From an uncultured virus (IMG/VR IMGVR_UViG_2660238034_000001) (lineage: Duplodnaviria > Heunggongvirae > Uroviricota > Caudoviricetes), in the IMG/VR virus record IMGVR_UViG_2660238034_000001: a DNA stretch of 20,000 bases; one strand, 5' to 3'. Made by a program: the position numbers and the translations under genes. Below, one piece after another: positions 15,501 to 20,000 of the stretch. Position 1 is the stretch's first letter. The number at the start of each line of letters is the position of its first letter. A model generated the notes under the pieces. It searched no databases, had not been told where the DNA came from, and saw nothing but the letters and a program-made list of their open reading frames with translations.

Positions 15501-16402
15501 AGCTCCACTCCGTATATCCAGTCAGTGTTATTCAGGTCAAGTTTTGACTTAGAGGCAGTTGTGCCAGTCTGTTGCTTGTTGCGGTTGATATCGAGTTGAG
15601 TCCACTTTTCGCGGAGCTTTGCCGGGCTAATGACGTTGCCAGCCCAGAAGCTGTCATGGCACGCCCAGCGAAACAGCACGCACATGTCGCGATGTGTTCG
15701 TCCGTCACATTCACGCATCAGGCGTATATCGTTAGCCCATCCTGCCAGGTTAGGTTTTCTGGCTGATGGAGAAATGGTTTTTATCAGGTCAAACATCCAC
15801 TCGGCAGCAGTTAGGTCTTCAGCAGTTCCCCACTTGTTGCCTCTCTGAATCGCTGCTTCGGGTTTTAGAACATGAGGTTTCTTTCTTGGCTTGTCAGAGG
15901 ATTCGTCAGAATTCTCGGACGTAGATCTTTTAATATTGTCTTTTGTTAGTTTGTCTTTTGTGGTTAGCAACTTGTGCTTAGGTGCGTTAGCAACTTCCGC
16001 TAAGGTTTTCTTAGCAGGTTTAGCTAATGTTTTGCAGAATCCGTTATTTTTAGTTTGCCACTCGGAAATATGGATATTCATACCAACCCTGCGGCCTTCC
16101 TGAATCAGTACCTTCTTCCTGATCAGACTGTTTTTTGCTGTCGAGCAATGGGTATGATGCTTCTGAATCATCTCCTCTAACTGCTCGTTGCTGATCCAGT
16201 CCATTTTCTTGTTGTATCCATACGTTTTGCGCCATACGGCCATCAGGATGCACAGCTCAGTCTCCGGCAAACCAGAACACATCACGGCATCCAGAAGTTC
16301 ATTTGCCAGGCGCGTATAGCCATCATCGAGATCTGCCACGCGCGGCTCCTTAGGTGCCACGTCAGGCACAGGAAAATTGATTACTTCGGCAGTGTTTGCC
16401 AT
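15497..16402 (-). CDS. O: Replication initiator O
   Basis: VADLDDGYTRLANELL...RKTYGYNKKMDWI; lambda-like C-terminus WANDIRLMRECDGRTHRDMCVLFRWAC. Confidence 0.96.
   Translation of the reverse strand: MANTAEVINFPVPDVAPKEPRVADLDDGYTRLANELLDAVMCSGLPETELCILMAVWRKTYGYNKKMDWISNEQLEEMIQKHHTHCSTAKNSLIRKKVLIQEGRRVGMNIHISEWQTKNNGFCKTLAKPAKKTLAEVANAPKHKLLTTKDKLTKDNIKRSTSENSDESSDKPRKKPHVLKPEAAIQRGNKWGTAEDLTAAEWMFDLIKTISPSARKPNLAGWANDIRLMRECDGRTHRDMCVLFRWACHDSFWAGNVISPAKLREKWTQLDINRNKQQTGTTASKSKLDLNNTDWIYGVEL
15927..16047. repeat. Replication origin: iterons and AT-rich tract inside O
   Basis: TTAGC-N7-GCTWA at 15964, 15987 and 16011, a degenerate copy at 16031, and an adjacent AT-rich tract with TTGTCTTTTG twice. 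Confidence 0.8.
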
Positions 16403-16466
16403 AATTACTCCTGTGAATTGATCCAGTTAATTCCACCAGAAAGCCGTTGGTGACCCCTCACCGCGG

Positions 16467-16481
16467 NNNNNNNNNNNNNNN
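16467..16481. other. Assembly gap (15 N) in the cII-O intergenic (oop-like) hairpin
   Basis: Run of N. Confidence 0.98.
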
Positions 16482-16503
16482 GCCTTTTTGGTTGCTGCCA
16501 TTT

Positions 16504-16824
16504 TCAGTCCCACCCCAGCGCATCCGGCCTGGCTCGTTCAGCCTTTAGCCCGGCATCAGCGAGAATCTCTACGGCTGTGAGATAGTTTCTGGATACCAGT
16601 ACCGCTTCCGGTGGCGCGGCCTGAATCCCAAGAAAAGCCAGCTCTTTCGCCATGTTGCAGAAATATCCCTCAGCTTTACGCCTGCTGACTGTCGACTCGC
16701 TGATGCCCATATGCTCGGCGTATGATTTCTGCCCTACTGATGCAAGCCGGTTGAGCAGGACACTCTCTATCTCAACCGGGTTGATTTCTGGTGGGTCTAA
16801 CTTTCGTGCAATTGCGTTCTCCAT
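16504..16824 (-). CDS. cII: CII transcriptional activator
   Basis: IESVLLNRLASVGQKSYAEHMGISESTVSRRK; lies between cro and O; GAGG SD before ATG 16824. Confidence 0.88.
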   Translation of the reverse strand: MENAIARKLDPPEINPVEIESVLLNRLASVGQKSYAEHMGISESTVSRRKAEGYFCNMAKELAFLGIQAAPPEAVLVSRNYLTAVEILADAGLKAERARPDALGWD

Positions 16825-16843
16825 GGGTAAATATCCTCTATGG

Positions 16844-17080
16844 TTATTTGGCTGATGCCTCTTGGCTTGGTAAGCCATCGGTTGGGTTTGGGTAGATATC
16901 AGGGCGCAGTTCGTGAGGTGTGATGCCCGTTATCTTGAAAATCGGTAATACGCGGCCTGGTGGGACAGCACCGTTGTAACGTGTCTTCCAGCGGCTTACC
17001 GACATGGGTTTAATACCCAGTAAGGTTGCAAGATTGCTGGCATTACCTGCTTTTTTGATAGCCTTCTCTAATCCGTTCAT
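16844..17080 (-). CDS. cro: Cro/YdaS-like repressor
   Basis: LEKAIKKAG..SNLATLLGIKPMSVSRW...TGITPHELRPDIY; GGAG SD; divergent from the repressor. Confidence 0.88.
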   Translation of the reverse strand: MNGLEKAIKKAGNASNLATLLGIKPMSVSRWKTRYNGAVPPGRVLPIFKITGITPHELRPDIYPNPTDGLPSQEASAK

Positions 17081-17109
17081 GATGGTCTCCAAAAGATACA
17101 CGAACAAAT

Positions 17110-17173
17110 TAAGCCTCAGGCTTAAAATTAAATCAAGTCCCAGGCGAATTTTATTTTATAAGCAAAAGGCTTA
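17110..17173. promoter_or_regulatory. OR operators (three)
   Basis: TAAGCCTCAGGCTTA (17110), CAAGTCCCAGGCGAA (17134), TAAGCAAAAGGCTTA (17159). Confidence 0.85.
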
Positions 17174-17183
17174 TTCTTCTGAC

Positions 17184-17567
17184 ATGACAGCGAAAAAATT
17201 ACTTAACCCGATTCTTGTAGAGCGCCTGACAGAGTTAACGCGCCGCGGGATGACAAAATCTGATATGGCCAGGGTTGCGGGAATAACGCCGCAGTCCGTT
17301 AATGGCTGGTTCAAGAAAGGTGCCATGAGCAAGGAGTCAGCGCTCGCTGTAGCGGATGCCGCCGGTGTATCAGTACCATGGCTATTAGGTGAAGAGGTTA
17401 GCGAGCAGAATGGATTAAAGCCAGACGAGCAGCGATTGCTTGAGCTATATCGTCAGCTACCGGAGGAGGAGCAGCAGAACATGATGCGGATTTTCTCACT
17501 GCGCTTGAAAGAGTTGGACGAGTTGTATGCGAAGTACATGAGCCGCCGGATTAAGACAGATCAGTAA
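17184..17567 (+). CDS. CI-like repressor 1 (XRE HTH, no S24 peptidase; Gifsy-type)
   Basis: MTKSDMARVAGITPQSVNGWF HTH; 127 aa; no SD, and TATTCT ends 6 nt before the ATG, suggesting a leaderless mRNA. Confidence 0.9.
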   Translation: MTAKKLLNPILVERLTELTRRGMTKSDMARVAGITPQSVNGWFKKGAMSKESALAVADAAGVSVPWLLGEEVSEQNGLKPDEQRLLELYRQLPEEEQQNMMRIFSLRLKELDELYAKYMSRRIKTDQ

Positions 17568-17594
17568 TATAATCAAAAAATTAAATTCTTGCTC

Positions 17595-17996
17595 ATGAGA
17601 AAAAACAACCACCAAACAAATCACCCGCAAGTTAAAAGGCTCAATGAAATTGTTGAGCAGAAAGGCCTTACCAAAGCAGAGATTTCACGGATATGCAACG
17701 TAAGTAAACAAGCAGTCAATGCTTGGTTCGCTCGCGGAACAATAGGGAAGCCATCTGCGATTAAGCTTTCTGAGGCTTTAGGCGTGAGCTTAGCTTGGGT
17801 ACTTGGGCAAGATGTAGCCTTAGAAAGCGATTTATCCGTTACAGATAAACAAATGTTACACCTTTTCCGCCAGTTACCTGATGAGGATCAGCAAGACATC
17901 ATGCAAGTAATTTCATTGCGCTTAAAAAGGCTCGATGAGATTTATGAAAAATACATGCTCAGACGCAATAAAGACGATAACCCATCCAATCTGTAA
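17595..17996 (+). CDS. CI-like repressor 2, paralog of repressor 1
   Basis: LTKAEISRICNVSKQAVNAWF HTH; C-terminus RQLPDEDQQ...SLRLKRLDEIYEKYM aligns with repressor 1. Confidence 0.9.
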   Translation: MRKNNHQTNHPQVKRLNEIVEQKGLTKAEISRICNVSKQAVNAWFARGTIGKPSAIKLSEALGVSLAWVLGQDVALESDLSVTDKQMLHLFRQLPDEDQQDIMQVISLRLKRLDEIYEKYMLRRNKDDNPSNL

Positions 17997-18021
17997 CCCT
18001 CCACTATCACCACCAATCAAT

Positions 18022-18042
18022 ACCGGCTTATGCCGGTTTTTT
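18022..18042 (+). terminator. Immunity operon terminator
   Basis: ACCGGC-TTAT-GCCGGT-TTTTT. Confidence 0.85.
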
Positions 18043-18090
18043 ATTGAAAACCCGCAACACACACTTCCTCGATGTCTGCATTACCAATAT

Positions 18091-18156
18091 TAAGCCATAA
18101 ACTTAATCTTTAACTTCGCCTCAGGCTTGACATTTATTAAGTCTCAGGCTTAATAT
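18091..18156 (+). promoter_or_regulatory. OL operators (three) and PL
   Basis: TAAGCCATAAACTTA (18091), TTCGCCTCAGGCTTG (18115), TAAGTCTCAGGCTTA (18138); TTGACA (18127)-18-TAATAT. Confidence 0.85.
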
Positions 18157-18303
18157 GATTCCATAGCAACAACGAACCACCGAGGCAGGACGCCCACGAA
18201 GTAGCCGTCCGGGGCATACGAAGACCGGAATGAGGTGGAAAAGTTAACGCGCAGAAGGTGATAAACGTTCCGCTGGCCGGCGATAAGGCAAACGAGGGTG
18301 AGA

Positions 18304-18420
18304 ATGATTGATTTCGCACGTAAACCAGCTCGACAGCAGGCCGTCCCGCTCAACCGGATTGAGGTTTTAATCCGCCGCCTCTGCTACCTGCTGGCGCAGA
18401 AAGGAGATCCGGATGCATAA
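18304..18420 (+). CDS. Small early protein (38 aa)
   Basis: MIDFARKPARQQAVPLNRIEVLIRRLCYLLAQKGDPDA; GAGGG SD. Confidence 0.65.
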   Translation: MIDFARKPARQQAVPLNRIEVLIRRLCYLLAQKGDPDA

Positions 18421-18583
18421 CCAAAAGACATGCGCTTACCACCTGTGTGGAAAGACGATTGAGCAAGGCAAAGAAGTAAAAAACGAGCTGACGCTGATTC
18501 GCGGCGCGCAGCTGACACATGAAGAGCGCGATTACTGCTCTGTACGTTGTGCCTCATACGACCAGATGGCGCACGAAAGTTAA
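18413..18583 (+). CDS. ydaE: YdaE-family zinc-binding protein (56 aa)
   Basis: KTCAYHLCGK...YCSVRCASYDQMAHES, like Rac YdaE; AAGGAG SD. Confidence 0.85.
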   Translation: MHNQKTCAYHLCGKTIEQGKEVKNELTLIRGAQLTHEERDYCSVRCASYDQMAHES

Positions 18584-18723
18584 CGTAAAAGCCGCGCAAG
18601 GCGGCCCATACGTCCGGTGACACCGACCAAAGTTCCACCGGAAAACTACACAAAAAACCAAAGTTCACCCAATGGGCGCTATCTCTGGCCCGGGGATCTT
18701 ACATCTAAAAAAGAGGATCTCAC

Positions 18724-20000
18724 ATGGAATTTTTCTATGTAGTAAAAGCTACGCAGAAATCCGGAAAGCAAGATGCGACGGTCTGGTTCACTGCAAAATC
18801 AGAAGCGCGCGCCAACCTTATGCTGGATGTCGTTCTGGAAGATGCTGAAATTGAAACCGGCCGCGGTAAGGATTATGCAAGGCCGATCCGCACCAATTTT
18901 CCGGTAGTCAACGAGCTGCCGCCGGAAGGTGAAATAAGTTTTACCTTCACTAATTATTATCGCCTCGGTGAAGATGGCATGACTTGGGAACAAATCCCCG
19001 GCGTCACCCTGCCATCATCTGAAGCCGCCGCCGCGGCGCGCCAGCATATCGTCGATGGTGTTGATACCGAAACAGGCGAAGTGCTGGAAGACCACACCGA
19101 AAATTTTGGTAACGAAAGCAACAGCCCTGCCCAGGCAACAGCCCCAGCCCCCGAGCTGACTGTTGTCGCAACTATGCCTCTCCGTCACCGCGTTCTTGCT
19201 CAGTACATAGGTGAAGGTGAGTATCTTTATCACGTCGACGCCTCCCAGAAAAAAGAAATTCTGCGTCTCGAAATGGACACCGATAATTCATATGTCCAGA
19301 ACCTGCTGCTTGCCGCCGAGAATGTTGAAGCGTTCAAGAAAGCCATTGAACATGACATTCACAAAATAGTGAATGCCGTTAAAAAAGTATTCCCTGTCGA
19401 TGGAAAAACTCCTGAACTGGCGACTGTTATCCAGTTCCTTAAAACATGGTTCGAGACGGAGCATATCGATCGCGGTTTGCTCGTTAAGGAGTGGGCGAAA
19501 GGCAACCGTGTATCGGCTATTCAACGCACTGAAAGCGGCGCCAACGCTGGCGGTGGCAATAAGACTGACCGTAACCCTGATTACGAACACACTCTCGATA
19601 CTCTGGACGTAGAGATTGCAATGGCCACTTTGCCTATGGACTTTAATATCTATGAGCTACCTGGCAGCGTTTACCGTCGCGCAAAAGAAATCGTAAAGAA
19701 AAAGGAAAGTCCGTTCAAAGAATGGTCCGCAGCACTTCGCGCAACACCCGGTATCCTGGATTATTCCCGCGCCGCTATTTTCGCGCTGATCCGAAGCGCA
19801 CACCCTGAGTTTTATCACTACCCCGGACGCCTTCAGGGGTATATCAACGCCAACTTAACGGAGACTGATCACGAGACCCCCACCGAGGAAGCTCTCACGG
19901 CTGCCCGACACACTCCGGAAAAAGACGCGGTAGAAGAAGCCAACCGACAGCTTGCCGCCGCGCGCGGTGAATATGTGGAAGGCATCAGCGACCCGAACGA
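18724..20000 (+). CDS. recE: RecE-type exonuclease VIII (N-terminal part)
   Basis: ATG 18724 with GAGGA SD; MEFFYVVKATQKSGK...RTNFPVVNELPPEG...WAKGNRVSAIQRTESGANAGGG; open to the window end. Confidence 0.88.
   Translation, partial: MEFFYVVKATQKSGKQDATVWFTAKSEARANLMLDVVLEDAEIETGRGKDYARPIRTNFPVVNELPPEGEISFTFTNYYRLGEDGMTWEQIPGVTLPSSEAAAAARQHIVDGVDTETGEVLEDHTENFGNESNSPAQATAPAPELTVVATMPLRHRVLAQYIGEGEYLYHVDASQKKEILRLEMDTDNSYVQNLLLAAENVEAFKKAIEHDIHKIVNAVKKVFPVDGKTPELATVIQFLKTWFETEHIDRGLLVKEWAKGNRVSAIQRTESGANAGGGNKTDRNPDYEHTLDTLDVEIAMATLPMDFNIYELPGSVYRRAKEIVKKKESPFKEWSAALRATPGILDYSRAAIFALIRSAHPEFYHYPGRLQGYINANLTETDHETPTEEALTAARHTPEKDAVEEANRQLAAARGEYVEGISDPN

Noticed and set aside
16467..16481. N run as a sign of a hidden insertion
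   Set aside because: Short gap within a GC-rich hairpin; the cII-O spacing is ordinary
17004..17183. 60-aa N-terminal extension of repressor 1
   Set aside because: Overlaps cro and the OR operators; ATG 17184 matches the paralog's length
18137..19612. Minus-strand ORFs and the 19373-19612 ORF
   Set aside because: Shadow frames of the PL leader, ydaE and recE

Overview
A contiguous segment of a lambdoid prophage that closely resembles the Salmonella Gifsy family. It is read mostly on the minus strand. From right to left it contains: partial recE, ydaE and a small ORF in the PL operon (+); an immunity region with OL/OR operators, two tandem paralogous non-cleavable repressors, cro and cII; O/P replication with ori iterons; nin-region genes, including a holE pseudogene, a secreted protein and an opposite-strand P63C moron; a LexA-boxed dinI plus probable antirepressor; ninG; phage-82-type Q; an inserted C4 antisense RNA/ORF6N antirepressor cassette; pR'; tRNA-Arg(UCU); a lysis cassette (two holin-like genes, GH19 endolysin, DUF2514 Rz with embedded Rz1); an opposite-strand DUF2441 + YfbU moron pair; a frameshifted relic of a different terminase small subunit; a tail-completion-like gene; a cos site with lambda-identical cosQ and a five-unit repeated cosB-like region; a ParB-domain gene; terS; and a partial lambda-GpA-type terL. 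The best candidates for new biology are the DUF2441(ART-like)/YfbU cassette, the double repressor, the C4-controlled cassette between Q and pR', and the modular cosB. All family assignments come from motif recognition, not from database searches.
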